A stretch of DNA of 63,040 nt, the filler included, from Reticulomyxa filosa (lineage: Eukaryota; Protista; Foraminifera), in NCBI GenBank assembly GCA_000512085.1. It is 20 parts of 20 records of this genome, joined end to end, with 100 filler letters (N's around TTAATTAATTAA, not from the genome) between each part and the next. Parts side by side here need not be neighbours in the genome. Positions count along the whole stretch, not along the records: positions 1 to 4,678 come from ASPP01011344.1; positions 4,779 to 8,330 come from ASPP01005601.1; positions 8,431 to 9,663 come from ASPP01010327.1; positions 9,764 to 11,082 come from ASPP01000747.1; positions 11,183 to 12,603 come from ASPP01040407.1; positions 12,704 to 13,911 come from ASPP01014277.1; 14 more parts are not named here. One strand, given 5' to 3'. A model generated the notes under the pieces. That model ran no database searches and had not been told where the DNA came from. It saw nothing but the letters and a program-made list of their open reading frames with translations. Every line of letters begins with the position of its first letter. Positions within the stretch are counted from its first letter, which is position 1. A program made the position numbers and the translations under genes. Positions 1-12,787 of the stretch are shown piece by piece.

Positions 1-410
1 AGGATTTATTTCGTGCCGCTGCTGCGGCTGCGCTCGCTATTGCTGCGGCCATCGGATGTGGACGTAATACTGTGCTGCTGCTTGTCGAAGTGAGGGTACG
101 CTCACTGCCTGCCAGTAGATTCGTCGCGTCGTTGTTGTTATTTCGTCCTACTATTGACAATCGATGCGTTACACTGCGACCGCGAGTACCCTTCTTTGCA
201 TGTCTTTTTTTTTTTTTTTTTTTTTGTTGCATGAAATATGTTGAAGTGCAGACATGTATGTGTAGGTTTATGTATGCTTTTTCTTGTGTTTCAATTTTTA
301 TTCTGTGCTTTCGGTTTTTGCATGTAGACACTTTAATGGAAATTGTTAGTGATCACTCCATGTTTTGAACGCTTGTTTTTTTGTTGTTTTTTTTTTTTTT
401 TGCTCGTTGA

Positions 411-602
411 TTAACTTGGTGCGGAGGAGTCGTTTGTGTCCATTTCTTCCTCGTCTGACGAGTCGTGAGACTCGATGAAAGTGTGATATTCTGATGCATC
501 AAGTATATGAACCTCTTTTTCAGAGCCTACATCAACATTATGTGAAGCATCAGAAGATAAAATATCTGTTCCATTCGGAGGATTAGATTGATCTTCAGAC
601 AT
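411..602 (-). CDS. 5' exon of an uncharacterised acidic low-complexity protein, probably continuing in 1-200 and beyond the window
   Basis: ATG-initiated acidic ORF (MSEDQSNPP...DSSDEEEMD), followed by intron-like A-rich sequence and a further GC-richer exon-like segment. Confidence 0.4.
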   Translation of the reverse strand: MSEDQSNPPNGTDILSSDASHNVDVGSEKEVHILDASEYHTFIESHDSSDEEEMDTNDSSAPS

Positions 603-1586
603 GATAATGTTGTAGAGAGTTTATTCCAGGTAAAGATTCCTTTCCGAACCACATTCTATTTGATACTGCAAAGTGCATCTGTAGGATCTTTGCTTTTTTT
701 GTTCTTCTTGTTTTCTAACACAAATTTTTTTAAGACAAACAGTCAAAAAACATAAGTGCATTACGTTTTAAATTATAATATGTCGTTCGGAGTAAATGTG
801 GGCCAATTCAAAATAGAATTCACAATTTTTAACAGCGAGAAAATGTCACTATATTTTCATGGGAAAAACTATTCTTATGTGCGCTAACTGATTTCTCTAC
901 TAATCTTCATTCTGTTATTTTCATCACATGCAAAGAAAATGATGCACAAATTCTAACCAAGAATGTAAACATTAAATTTGCTACTACATTATAAGAGGGC
1001 TCTGTATACTTTGGAGGATTGTTAAAATGCTAGTACATGAGCTATTACTGACTTTCCAAAAAGTAATTTTTTTGCTCTTGTTTTATATTTACTAATACTT
1101 TTAAAATTTACATTTTTATTATCGCTTTATTGTATATCAGGCCATCTACATTATAAAGATACCTGAAAAATTGATGACAAATTAATTTTGGCAAAGTAAT
1201 AATACTGTGATTGATTGAAGAAAAACGTGTAAATAATAACAATAATACAGAAACTGCAATTAAGTTAAAGGAAACAAAATAGTGTGGAAGTAGTTAATTG
1301 AACAGATTATCGCCGAGTTCTAGCTCTCACAAAAATGTAACAAACCTATTAACGTTAGAAAAATGTGTCAGATATTATTTTCCATCGTATTTATACCTTT
1401 TACTGTCAAATGCAAATAAACTTGATCCTCTTTGCTAACACTTTTAAATATTATTTTACCTCTTCCAAGTCAATTTCACAGCCACAAAAAAAATATAATG
1501 TACTCCAACGACTTTTTAAAAAAGTTAGAGCATTTTTTGTAATTTCTTGGTGTCTACTTTTGACAAATAAAAAGAGAAAGAAAATA

Positions 1587-2296
1587 ATGAGCAAGCCAAA
1601 GGAGAATGAAGCGAAACAGCCCGTGGAAGCTGAAGATTTATACTCGATTCAAATATCAATGAACGTGAAGGAAGTGGTGAAAGAAGTGGCAGCACACAAA
1701 GGACGAACGATAATGATAGCATTGGACGGGACTGAGTATAGCGAAATAGCAGCCAAATGGGTGCACGACAATTTGGCTAGAAAAGACGATTTTATTGTGT
1801 TGGTGAGGTATGCCAAAACTACATTTATTAGCATATGCTCCCCCTTTTTTTTTTTGAACGAGCATTCACAAAAAAAAAAAAGTATATGGGAAGAAGCAAT
1901 GGTTGAAAAACTATTCACTGAATTGGATGCGGAGATAATCCATCCAGAAGTGGATGTGACAAAATCGAAGCACAACCAATTGAACGATACATTTGAAAAA
2001 GCAAAGATATTGAGAGACCATCCCAACGTTAAAAAAAATTTTTCAAAAAAAAAAAGGTACTGTCATTTGAAGGATTGTGTTTTTTGTAACAGTTGCATGC
2101 ATTGCTAGTGGAAGCAGGCAATCGAACCAGTCCCAAAAACATTGGAGAGGAATTGGTTGAGTTGGCGAAACAAATGAATGTCAATGTCATTGTCTGCGGA
2201 ACAAGGGGATTAGGCGGGGTCAAAAAAGCACTTTTGGGTTCGGTTTCTTCCTATCTTTCACAACATGCCCATTGTACCGTTGTTGTTACCAAGTAG
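1587..2296 (+). CDS. Universal stress protein (UspA-like), 3 exons
   Basis: N-terminal IMIALDGTEYS motif and C-terminal IVCGTRGLGGVKKALLGSVSSYLSQHAHCTVVV USP signature. GT-AG introns at 1808-1882 and ~2028-2092 join the frames. Confidence 0.9.
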
Positions 2297-4000
2297 ACAT
2301 GCACCCTTTTTTTTTTTGAGAAGGGGGGAGGAGTTCTTCCCCTTTTGCGTGTACCCTTTTTTTTTTGACGCTGCTTGGAATTTTGAAGAAGAAAAAAAAT
2401 GAGAGAAAAAAACAAATAAAAGGGGCCCAGGGGAAAATGATGAACTTTTTGTTTTGGGGACAGGAGGGTCTTTTTGTTATTGTTTTTTTTTCCTTCGTAT
2501 TGACGCAAAATATTTTTCTTTTTGTCTCCTGTCTGTCCTTTCTTTCATTTCTCTTCTCCCTCTTTTTTTTCTCTCCTTTTTCTTTCTTTTCGTCAATTTT
2601 CAACAACGTTTGTTTCTTATTATGCTTTGTAAAGAGATGAACAGCAAAACACAATGTTAATAATCTTAGCAAAAATTAACAAATACTTTCAATGTACTCT
2701 TTCATATCTTTATACGTGCCAAAAAAGTTTATGACGTGGATTGGCCTTTTTAGAAATTATATTTGTTTAGTGTAGAGCTTAATGTTCATGAAGCAGGAAA
2801 GAGCAGAAGTCACGTGGAAACTACCGTACTGATGAGAACCGCAGAAAGCAATGAAGTATACGATAGTTTACACTATGCTTTTAAAGATATTAAACTACAA
2901 AACCGAAAAGAAATTGAATCACACTTCACATACTTTATCTCCAAAATCATGTTCAAGACCAAAAAAACATTAAATAGCGTTTTGATAACAAACCAAAGTT
3001 TTTTCGCTAAATACCATCGTTAGCAAATCAATTGAATTTTATCATTATTATCCATTAACAATAAATGGTCAATGAAGAATGCAATTACAAAAATGTTCTT
3101 TTCATTATCATCTGTTTAATCGATTTGATTATGTGAAACTAAAAATAAATTTTTTTAAAAAAAGAAGTGTGATGCATATTACATAAATAGCATACATTAA
3201 CTTTTTTTTGTATACTTAAATTCTGCGAACTGGTAAAAATAATATATTTAAATGAGATATCGTTGACACATACAAACATTTTTTCCAAATCTTACAATAT
3301 GTTAGAAATTTTATAATATAAATATATATTCCGGTATCCGAAAATTATCACATGCGTCACACTTTTTATAACACGTTTTCTTTCAATGTTCAAAACTTAA
3401 CAGTTTTAGTTATTTTTTCATGATATTTTGGTAATCTAGAAGTAATGAAAAAGATAAATATCATACGTGGAATTCATAGAAATATACTTATAGTCAACGT
3501 TTTCTGCATATTCGAAAATAGAGTTTTACACATTTTGTGCTTTTCTCACAAATAAATAGAAATTTTGAAAGTCATATTGAGTTACTCCTATTTTTTGATT
3601 ATTTGAAGATCAAAGTTCTCCATTATCTTCAGGGGACAGTCAGGATGGCTTTAGAACATATATTAACGGTTTGATTTTATATTAGAGAACCAATCAAAAC
3701 TACAGTACAAAAAATTATAAATAGAAATACTCAACAAGAGTGTTATCAAAGCACAATAATGTTGATTAACAAATTCAAAAAATCAAAAATAAATATCAAA
3801 GCAAAGATTAAAAGAATCACACCGAAACAGTTTATGAAATTTTGCTAGTGCTAGAAGTGTCATTTCATTTAGAAAGTAGTGAGAAGTTATCTGACACTTG
3901 AAATCACTGACTTCAACCCTGTATTGAACAAAACGCGTGAAACTGAAAAGTTAAAACTTCAAAAAAAAAATTAAGTTATTTCCCCCGTAATAAATAAAGT

Positions 4001-4640
4001 ATGACTGCAAGATCTCTTGGTGTAACTGTGGACCAAAGTGCAAAAATTGTGGAGACATCATTAGACCAAATCCCCAAGGTATATGAAATTTACAAAAAAA
4101 ATGAATGAAAAAAAGACAACAACAGCAAACGAGGAAAAAAAAAAAAAAGATAGTAGCGTCTTGTCGCAAAGCGTTTTCCGATGGCACAACATTGAGTGCA
4201 GAATTTCGTAAGAAACAGTTGCGACAGTTGCACGAGCTGGTATCGAAGCACGAAAAAGAGTTGGTGAAGGCGGTTCAAGACCATATGAATAGGCCTTACT
4301 ACGAAGTGTCAAACACGGAAATTTCGCACGTTTTATCGGAAATTGCACACTTGCACAACAACGTGGACAAATACATGCAGCCAAAGAAAGTGGCATCATC
4401 GCTTGTGTTTTTGACTGACCACGGAGAAGTTTCTTTCAAAAACATAACACTACTTACATTTTTGTATATAACTTAAAGGACATAATAATATATCCATATG
4501 TTTGTGTAAATGAAAGATCCGTCCCGTCCCTCGCGGCTGTGTATTGATCATGTCGACATGGAACTTTCCAATTCAATTGTTATTGGTTCCATTCGCTGGT
4601 GCCATTGCTGCTGGTTGTACTGTTGTTTTGAGACCGTTAC

Positions 4641-4678
<38 letters not shown>
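4001..4678 (+). CDS. Aldehyde dehydrogenase, ALDH3/fatty-aldehyde type, 5' part (truncated by contig end)
   Basis: Spliced translation MTARSLG...FRKKQLRQL...[38 protein letters not shown] matches the ALDH3 pattern (P.G.VLII..WNYP.......GAIAAGN.VVLKP). Introns at 4079-4149 and ~4429-4516. Confidence 0.88.
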
Positions 4679-4778
4679 NNNNNNNNNNNNNNNNNNNNNN
4701 NNNNNNNNNNNNNNNNNNNNNNTTAATTAATTAANNNNNNNNNNNNNNNNNNNNNNNNNNNNNNNNNNNNNNNNNNNN
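4679..4778. other. Artificial contig-joining spacer N44-TTAATTAATTAA-N44 (first of 19; others start at 8331, 9664, 11083, 12604, 13912, 15104, 19924, 25983, 28546, 31075, 37093, 41104, 42318, 43881, 46271, 52900, 56524, 60431)
   Basis: An identical 100-nt cassette recurs 19 times. TTAATTAATTAA gives stops in all six frames, genes are truncated at the spacers, and base composition changes abruptly across some of them. Confidence 0.98.
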
Positions 4779-4834
4779 AAAAAAAAAGTCATATGACTTT
4801 TGTTACAAACGCTAATGCCCACATAAAATAACAG

Positions 4835-5500
4835 GAACAAGCCAATAATCCAAAAAGCCCGTATCGAACGGATAAAATAGCTGAAATCAATGAAGAGATT
4901 GCCAATACCAAGAACATTGTTATGGAAAGCATAGGTACAACTAAAAATAAAATAAAATCAAACCAAACCAAACCTCGACAACATACTTAACTCCGATTTA
5001 GAAATCACAAATATTGCAACGACCAACTGAGATGAGACTTGTTGGAGAGGGGGGGGGAGGGGGAGGACCCACAATCATATAAAACAAAACAAAACAAAAC
5101 AAAAAACAGAAGAGCCTTTCTTCTCTAATCCCTCCCAATAAATGTTAGATACATAATAGCTATTACAATTACTACTCTCACACTACAGATCGAGTATTGG
5201 AGCGCGGTGATCGAATAGAAATATTGGTCGAAAAGAGCGACAAATTGACCGATGAGGCCATATCTTTCAACAGACATGCTAAAAGTTTGAAAAATAGAAT
5301 GCTTTGGAAAAATCTTCGAATGACTCTACTCTTGCTTTTTATTGTTGCAGTTTGTTTATTTACTTTCTTTTTGTATTCATTTATTTATTCATTTCACAGA
5401 TCTGACCAACCTGCAAACACAATTTGTCTCTTTTGCCACACAGATTGTGATCTACATCATCCTTGGCTTAATTTGTGGATTCGATTTCAAGAAATGTTGA
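4835..5500 (+). CDS. R-SNARE (VAMP7/synaptobrevin-like), 3' part
   Basis: DKIAEINEEIANTKNIVMESI|DRVLERGDRIEILVEKSDKL...WKNLRM followed by a C-terminal TM anchor ending CGFDFKKC*. The zero-layer R lies in ERGD. Confidence 0.9.
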
Positions 5501-5959
5501 TCTCATACGCTTTGCATTTTGTACGGCAAATAGTTTTATTTGTTGGTTCCTCTCAACTATGAACTCATTGATTTTTGCACTTATTAAATTTTTAATTATT
5601 TGTCGTGCAAACATATTTTTGTCTTTGGATGTGAGTTCAAAAATTAGTAGCACTGTTCCATTTTTCAAACATTTTAAATACTTTTTCAAAGATAATTTTT
5701 TTGTCTTAATGCAAACTGTTCAATTTTATTTGAATCCTTTTTGATTGAAGTCTTTTAATGTCCATAGTTTGAACAAGGGGTTTTCCATTCTGAGAACGTT
5801 GAAGATTTACATTTGCAAATTGGATATTTTTTATGGGTTCCAATAACGAACTCTTGACAATCAAACTTTCTTGAATTTTGCAGCCTTAAAAAAGAACTTC
5901 ATCTAATGCCGGCGACATTTTTGTCTTTTTTTCAAAAACCGGAGCTGAAGAGCAATCGG

Positions 5960-7709
5960 ATGTCAAAGAAAGGAAAAGGAAATAAGCCTGTTGCAACGAA
6001 TGAACACAAGAAACAAAAACGTGGAGCAAACACCGACATAGGAACAGCATTTGATATGTGCGACTTAGAAAACGAGCTCGAGGAGCACGAGCAAAATACT
6101 CCAACAACGCCAACAAAAGAGCAATCAGACAAGGCAAAACCGACACTCTCCACGAAGATGAGCGAAGAAAGCTGGTCAAAAGAAAGCGAAGGAATGGAAA
6201 CAAAGTGTGACGAAAAAAAAACATCAAAAGAGTTGGATTTGACCGAACAAAACAAAAAGGACATGACAAATGAAACGGAGATTGTAGTGTGGGAGAGAGA
6301 TAGGGTTAAAGTGAGCATTTGGAAACAAGAAATGGATTTACGTTGTGTCAAAACGAAGAGCGGTAATCATATATTTGAGCCAGTATTCTATCATCAAGAG
6401 AGCCCCAATGGAACGGGATATGTGCTCCTGCGGCAATACATTTATGAAAAAACGCTGGCTGCCACTTTGCAAGTTTTTTTTTTTTAGTTCACAAAATTTT
6501 GCGAAAGGAGAGAGACCAGAAAATTCGTGCACTTTAGCTCCCCAGAAATGCAACACAAAAAAAAAAATGCAAAAAAAAAAAAAAAAAAAAAAGGGTTAAC
6601 ACTTGCGTAGTAGCGGATCAGTTGAACAACCAAAAAGTAGCAGTGAAAGTGGCGAACAAACTTTATATGGAAAAGAAGCAATCGATGACAGGCACATTGA
6701 TTGCGGAAGACTTTATAAATGAAATTACCATACTTAAGAAAATTAGCAGGAATAAAGTGCAGCATCCTGGTTTGTTTTTATGTGCACATATCCATACAAG
6801 TATATACTAGTTGCTTATGCATATAATGTATAGCAATCCCATGTTTGACCAAAATATACGCAAATAGGGTTTGCGAAGTTAATTAATGAATGGGAGACAG
6901 TTGATCACAAATATATGGCAATGGAGTACTGTGCAGGTGGAGACTTGTTCGAATATACTCAACGCGTGCTACATAAATGCTCGTCATTACAACCGCGACT
7001 ACCACCACCGTCGTCACCATCGAAAGCATGTGAGCCACAGCTGATGAAAAACAATGCCGTGTATGGGAGGTTTCTATTGATTCAACATTTGTTCGCACAA
7101 ATGGTTTCTGCAGTAGCTTACTTGCATAATATGGTGGAGGTTTGCCATATGGATATTTCCTTGGAAAACTTTATGATTGTTCATGAAACTTTGCAGACCA
7201 CAATGCCGACATTAAAGTTGATCGACTTTGGTTTGGCTAAGGATTGTAGTGCCAAAACTCAAAACATGAACAGCGCTGATAAAGGCAAGGATAAAGATAA
7301 AGATAAAGATAAACACGAAAGCAACGCTCGATTTCTGTATAACGAATGCGTGGGAAAGCTGAAATATCAAAGCCCGGAATGTTATGATTGTCGTCACAAG
7401 GAATTTCAACGATATTACGACTGCCGTTTAAATGACACTTATTGCCTGGGCGTTTGTTTGTTCATGTTATTGTTCGCACAACACCCGTATGAGCGTCCTT
7501 CATCGCGAAACGATACTCATTGCATCCAATTACTTCGCCATGGTTTGATGCCTTTCATTCAGCATCGCCATTATCATCACTTAGTCAATGTCGAAACTGT
7601 CCATTTGTTGGATCACTTGCTCACATTCCCACAAAACCGATTTTATATTAATCAAATTTGTAATCACCCGTTTTTCACCAGCTGTACCATGGCAAGCTCA
7701 TCACATTGA
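5960..7709 (+). CDS. Ser/Thr protein kinase (CAMK-like, HxDxSxEN catalytic loop)
   Basis: VAVK, MEYCAGGDLF, HMDISLEN, DFG, VGKLKYQSPE and DTYCLGVCLF motifs across three exons. The first exon join is off by one base, possibly a homopolymer error. Confidence 0.92.
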
Positions 7710-8430
7710 CTCATGCTACATCGTGCTATTTGCAGTTTCGATCGCATAATCACTTGCAACATCTCTCGACCATTTGAACCAATTCATTGCATTTTTTTAA
7801 TTAAAGCAATCACAAAAAAAAAAAAAAAAAAAACACAACAAAAAACGCTAGAAAGCAAATGGACCTATTTTCAAAACTGCTTATTTACTTTTTCCGACCA
7901 TCGTGTCATATATACTGTTTTTCTTCTTTTTGTTTATTTTTTGTTTTTTTGTTGTTGTGCTTACGAGAAGAAGTGATCGTCACTTTTGTTTAAGTAAATG
8001 TTCTTATAATTCAATTTTTTTAAAAAAAAAAGAAATGGCTAAATAAACATAAAATAAGGATTGTTGAACGATTTAACTGTTATTATTATTGTGTTTTTCG
8101 AAACATGAAACAGAACAACTACTCATAGTGACTTGTTAATGTTGTTTTTTATTATATTCTTTCTCTTTTTTTTTGTTTATTTGCTTTGTTTCAAATTGTT
8201 TTTTGACTTTGCTTTTTGCTCATCGTGTGTATGTCTTTTTTTCTCTATTGCCGAAGAGCACAGCAGGAAAGGGAAGAAATGACTATTTTTCTTTTTACCT
8301 CATCTCTTTCAAAATTCTTCTATAAAAAAANNNNNNNNNNNNNNNNNNNNNNNNNNNNNNNNNNNNNNNNNNNNTTAATTAATTAANNNNNNNNNNNNNN
8401 NNNNNNNNNNNNNNNNNNNNNNNNNNNNNN

Positions 8431-9158
8431 GTGGTTACCCTGCGAGAACAGTTTGACGGTGGCGATATTGGTGTAGGCGTCGGTGATACGCCCTGTCATC
8501 AGGCTGCGCGCGTCGGCCTGCTCGCTGGCAGCCTTGCCCAGGCGCGGCACGAAGAAGCGCAGCGTCAGCACGTACAGCGCCAGCCAGGCCAGGAACGGCC
8601 ACAGCAGCACCGCGTCGAAGCTGCCCACCACCGCCACCATGGTGATGAAGTAGATCACTACGAACACCATGATGTCGGTGATGATCAGCACCGTGTCGCG
8701 CACTGCCAGCGCGGTCTGCATCACCTTGGCCGACACGCGGCCGGCAAACTCGTCCTGATAAAACGCCATGCTCTGGTTGAGCAGGTGGCGGTGAAAATGC
8801 CAGCGCAGGCGCATCGGGAAGTTGCCGAACAGGCCCTGGTACTTGGCCATGGCCTGCAGCGCAATCAGCAGCGGGCTGGCCAGCAGGATGGCGGCCAAGA
8901 GCAGCAGGTTGTCGCGCTCCTTGTCCCACAGCTGCGCCGGCGGCACGTGGCTGAGCCAGTCCACGATGGAGCCCAGCATGGAAAACAGCAGCGCTTCAAA
9001 GGCACCGATCGGCCGCCGGTCAGCAGCGCCATGGCCAGGATCAGGCCGCGCATGCCGGCGGTGGCCGACCAGACAAACGGGAAAAACCCCTGCGGGGGTT
9101 GCGGGGGCGGGGTATCCGGGTAGGCATCTACCCGGCGTTCAAACCAGGAAAACAACAT
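8431..9158 (-). CDS. Bacterial ABC exporter (fused permease/ATP-binding, MdlB-like), N-terminal transmembrane part, with apparent frameshift near 9010-9018
   Basis: MLFSWFERRVDAYP...FYQDEFAGRVSAKVMQTALAVRD...RITDAYTNIATVKLFS, high GC3 and no introns. Removing two over-called bases restores LLTAAIGAFEALLF. Confidence 0.9.
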
Positions 9159-9166
9159 AAAGATCG

Positions 9167-9172
9167 CTCCTT
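9167..9172 (-). promoter_or_regulatory. Shine-Dalgarno site (AAGGAG) of the ABC transporter gene
   Basis: AAGGAG lies 8 nt upstream of the minus-strand ATG at 9158. Confidence 0.7.
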
Positions 9173-9435
9173 GCCGTTGCGGGGTGGCCGCTACGGTTCA
9201 GGTTTACGGGCCACAGGCCCACATTGCGTCACGCGCCGGCATTCGTCGCCGGCACAGCGTCGCCTAAAGAACAAAGACACGGCAGCCACGCAGCTGCCGC
9301 ATCCACACCATGGCACAAAGCATGCCATGCGGGAAACTGCCCGTGAAGACAGGGCCGCCGGCATTCTACCCGCAGCCCGCGCCGGCTGGCGAACGGCTAT
9401 GCTGTACACACTGTTCACGCTGTCATTTTATTGCC

Positions 9436-9663
9436 ATGACCATTCCCCACCTGTCGCTTGCCGACGCCCGCGCGCTGCACCTCGCCGCCCAGGGCCTGCT
9501 CACCCCGCCACGCCGCAAGGCCACCCGCGACGACGTACTGGCCGCCATCCGCCGCATGGCGCTGCTGCAGATCGACACCATCAGCGTGGTGGCACGCAGC
9601 CCTTACCTGGTGCTGTACAGCCGCCTGGGCCACTACGACCCGGCCTGGCTGGACGGCCTGCTG
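9436..9663 (+). CDS. ycaQ: YcaQ-family interstrand-crosslink DNA glycosylase (winged-helix AlkZ/YcaQ family), N-terminal fragment
   Basis: MTIPHLSLADARALHLAAQGLL...LLQIDTISVVARSPYLVLYSRLG closely follows the E. coli YcaQ N-terminus as I recall it, including the QxD motif. Confidence 0.88.
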
Positions 9664-9763
9664 NNNNNNNNNNNNNNNNNNNNNNNNNNNNNNNNNNNNN
9701 NNNNNNNTTAATTAATTAANNNNNNNNNNNNNNNNNNNNNNNNNNNNNNNNNNNNNNNNNNNN

Positions 9764-9839
9764 GCACACATTGAGATCGATAAAGTGGAGTGGGCAACTC
9801 CTTCAAAGTTTGAAAGTTAGTTGTATTTCGATTACCCAT
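9764..9839 (-). CDS. N-terminus of a Kelch-like propeller protein, paralogue of 36401-37092 (truncated by contig end)
   Basis: The minus strand reads MGNRNTTNFQTLKELPTPLYRSQCV, versus MSNRIFQTLKALPTPLYQPQCV at 36401. Confidence 0.75.
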
Positions 9840-11204
9840 TTCGTTAATGTTGTTGAATTTTTTTAAGTTTTAAACTTTTTTAAAAAGGGACTTGGTATAA
9901 CCCTTTTGAAAAAAACAAATAACTGGCTATATGTAATACATAAAAACAACAAATTCAATGTTGAATTGAGTCTTTTCTGTTTTTTGTAAGGAAGATAAAG
10001 ATGTGAGACATACTCTTTTGCTTGTTATTTAGTGACTTAAATAAAAGACAATAAAGTAGTCTAATAACAAATTATTGAAGGATTGAAAACGATAAAGTTT
10101 TTTTCAATAACAAATTTACAAAATTGTATGGTATTAAATGATGTTTGCCCTAAAATATCGACCCACTTGAAAAATACATAAAGATATTCGAAAATAAAAA
10201 TCTTACACCATTCAAAGTCGTCATTAAAGTGGAAAGAGGTGGAATATCACATAGCAATAGCATGGACATTTTGGAAAAGAACACCTGATTGACAATCATG
10301 TTTTTGAAAATGAGTGCATCATCAAATGAAACAATTTTTTGGATCCACAAATACAAACAAAACACTTAATTCTGACAACATTATCATTTTGAATAACATT
10401 ATTATACGCTAACACAAAAAAAAGAAAAGCCATAAAGCAATAAATTAAACCAAAACAAATAAAACCTCTTTGGATGTATATGTATGCACGAGAGACTTTT
10501 AGGAAATACTGAAAGTAAGTTTAGACAATGAAAAAATCTCTTTTACGTATTTTCGATTGTTATTGCTCACAATTAAAAAAATCTGATTGTTTTGGAATTT
10601 AGGGTTAGAATAGGGATATGACAAGCAAAAAAGATGTAAGAAAAAAAAATTATACACTTGCCATATATTATGATAAAAAAATCATATTCAGTTAATCTGG
10701 AAAAAAAAATGAGGGAAAGCCTACTTTTAAAGAGTATTACACTTCATTTAACTAAAATATTATGACTACAAAAATTAAAGACATATTTAAAGAGAATATC
10801 ACTTATAGATATTTAATTGTGCTTATTAATGGAAAAAAATACTTATCAATTAACTATACTAACAAGTATCTATAGCATACTTGATAACAATTTTATCAAA
10901 ATCATCAATCCATTCTAATTTAATCTTTAAAATTCTTCATAAAATAGAGTTTCACAACTTTTTTTCCGAGAAAAAAAACTCGTCATAATAGAAAAAAGGA
11001 TTATGTTGAATGTGGAAAGAGATGAAAAAAACCTGGAGCATGAAAAAGAAACATTTTCCAGTTCTGGTTGTTATGACAAAGANNNNNNNNNNNNNNNNNN
11101 NNNNNNNNNNNNNNNNNNNNNNNNNNTTAATTAATTAANNNNNNNNNNNNNNNNNNNNNNNNNNNNNNNNNNNNNNNNNNNNGCAAACTACTTAAAGCTT
11201 CAAA

Positions 11205-11407
11205 AAATTTTCAAAAATCATTTGAAAGAATGATATTTTCTCCAACATAAAAAAAATTTATTTAAAAATCAATATCATATTTAAAAACTACAAGGTTTGT
11301 AGATATTTTTAAAAAAAAATTAGCTTTAAATGTTGTTTTTCATTAAGAAAATCTATCATCTTCATAAGGTGGCATTTTAGGTGTTCAGTTTTTTCTGCAA
11401 CATACTG
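11205..11407. mobile_element. Right-end TIR of the Tc1-like family
   Basis: Aligns by eye with 38460-38659 and ends ...CATACTG followed by TA. Confidence 0.8.
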
Positions 11408-11608
11408 TATTTGTTTATATGCTGTTCAAACGTCCAAAACATTACAAAGATATCAATTCTGATAACATTTTTTTTTCAAATTTGCTGGGGTTATCATTTT
11501 CGATACCAAAGATTATAACATCTTGCCAATCTGTCGTTCGCCAAAATAGTGCAAAATGCTGCATAGACACTTCCAGAACCATTGCAAATGGACCAAGTGT
11601 TGAGCAAT

Positions 11609-11638
11609 GGACTCTTTGGACTCTTTGGACTCTTTGGA
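11609..11638. repeat. Short tandem repeat (GGACTCTTT)x3
   Basis: Read directly from the sequence. Confidence 0.85.
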
Positions 11639-12703
11639 CATAAGGGACGCGTTCGAAAAGGTCACCGGAATGAGCTTACAAAAGCGTACTTCTTTCTTCA
11701 AATCTTTTTGGAATTATTGATCCGATTTACTCAAAATCCAGTGCTTGATAGGCGAATGTTTAACACATACTCTATTTCCTTCCCATACGTAAGGCCAAGA
11801 CCTCGTACAAATACACAGAGGACTGGAACGTAGACAGGAAAAATATTCAAAAAAACTCCAACAAGTTGTTGAATATTAATTGACTTCATAGACAATCCTT
11901 TGAGACAAACAACGCACAAAACAAAAACTTGGTTGTCTTTTGAACTTATCAACGTATTATACAATCTCTTGACCTGTGTCATTTGTTATAATAAAAAAAA
12001 ATATCAGAGCTGATTACTGATTTTATAAGTAATTATTAGTGTATATTCCAATCTATCTTATTCTCTTTGCTTTAAGAAAATATTTGACAAAAGAGAGATT
12101 TCTGACTATGTTCATTCTTTTAATAAAAATATGACTGACATGAATAACACACGTTCTCTGATTAAAACATATTACACGTAATATTTTGAACGTGTTCTCC
12201 CCTTTCTTTTAATGATCTACTAACAGAAAAAAAACATTGTAAAGTTATATTTTCCTTGCTTTGAATAAAGCAAAATAGCTGAATAAGAAATGTCAAAGGC
12301 TTGTCGTAAACTTTAAAAAAAAATTGGAGTTGGTTTTTGTTTGAAAAACGCAAATGGAGTTTCTAAAAAAAAAAATATATAGATAAAAATTAAGACGTAT
12401 GAAAAAGAAGAGTTGGTGTTTAAAATAAAGAAATTAAAAGATGACAAAACTATGTCAATCAAGAATACAGATAGAATATGGGATGATTTGTTAGAGTTTA
12501 TCGGGGATGAGTTAAATTTGAGTGAAAAATCTCGTTTTATATTGGTGAACGCGAACAACGAAAATGATCAAATTGAAGATGCAGATGAATTGTGTGAGCA
12601 TTGNNNNNNNNNNNNNNNNNNNNNNNNNNNNNNNNNNNNNNNNNNNNTTAATTAATTAANNNNNNNNNNNNNNNNNNNNNNNNNNNNNNNNNNNNNNNNN
12701 NNN

Positions 12704-12736
<33 letters not shown>

Positions 12737-12787
12737 TCGTCAAGTCATTGAAACAAAATAATTTATTCATTAAAAAAAAAAAAACAA

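Noticed and set aside
2251-2672. Phe- or Lys-rich short ORFs downstream of the USP gene
   Set aside because: They are translations of A/T homopolymer-rich UTR or intergenic DNA.
8431-9719. Many long overlapping alternative ORFs in the GC-rich contig
   Set aside because: These are shadow ORFs caused by stop-codon scarcity at high GC; only the ABC exporter and ycaQ frames have family motifs.
5960-9839. Apparent eukaryote-bacterium gene neighbourhood suggesting an HGT island
   Set aside because: The bacterial segment is separated from host DNA by spacers on both sides, so there is no physical linkage.
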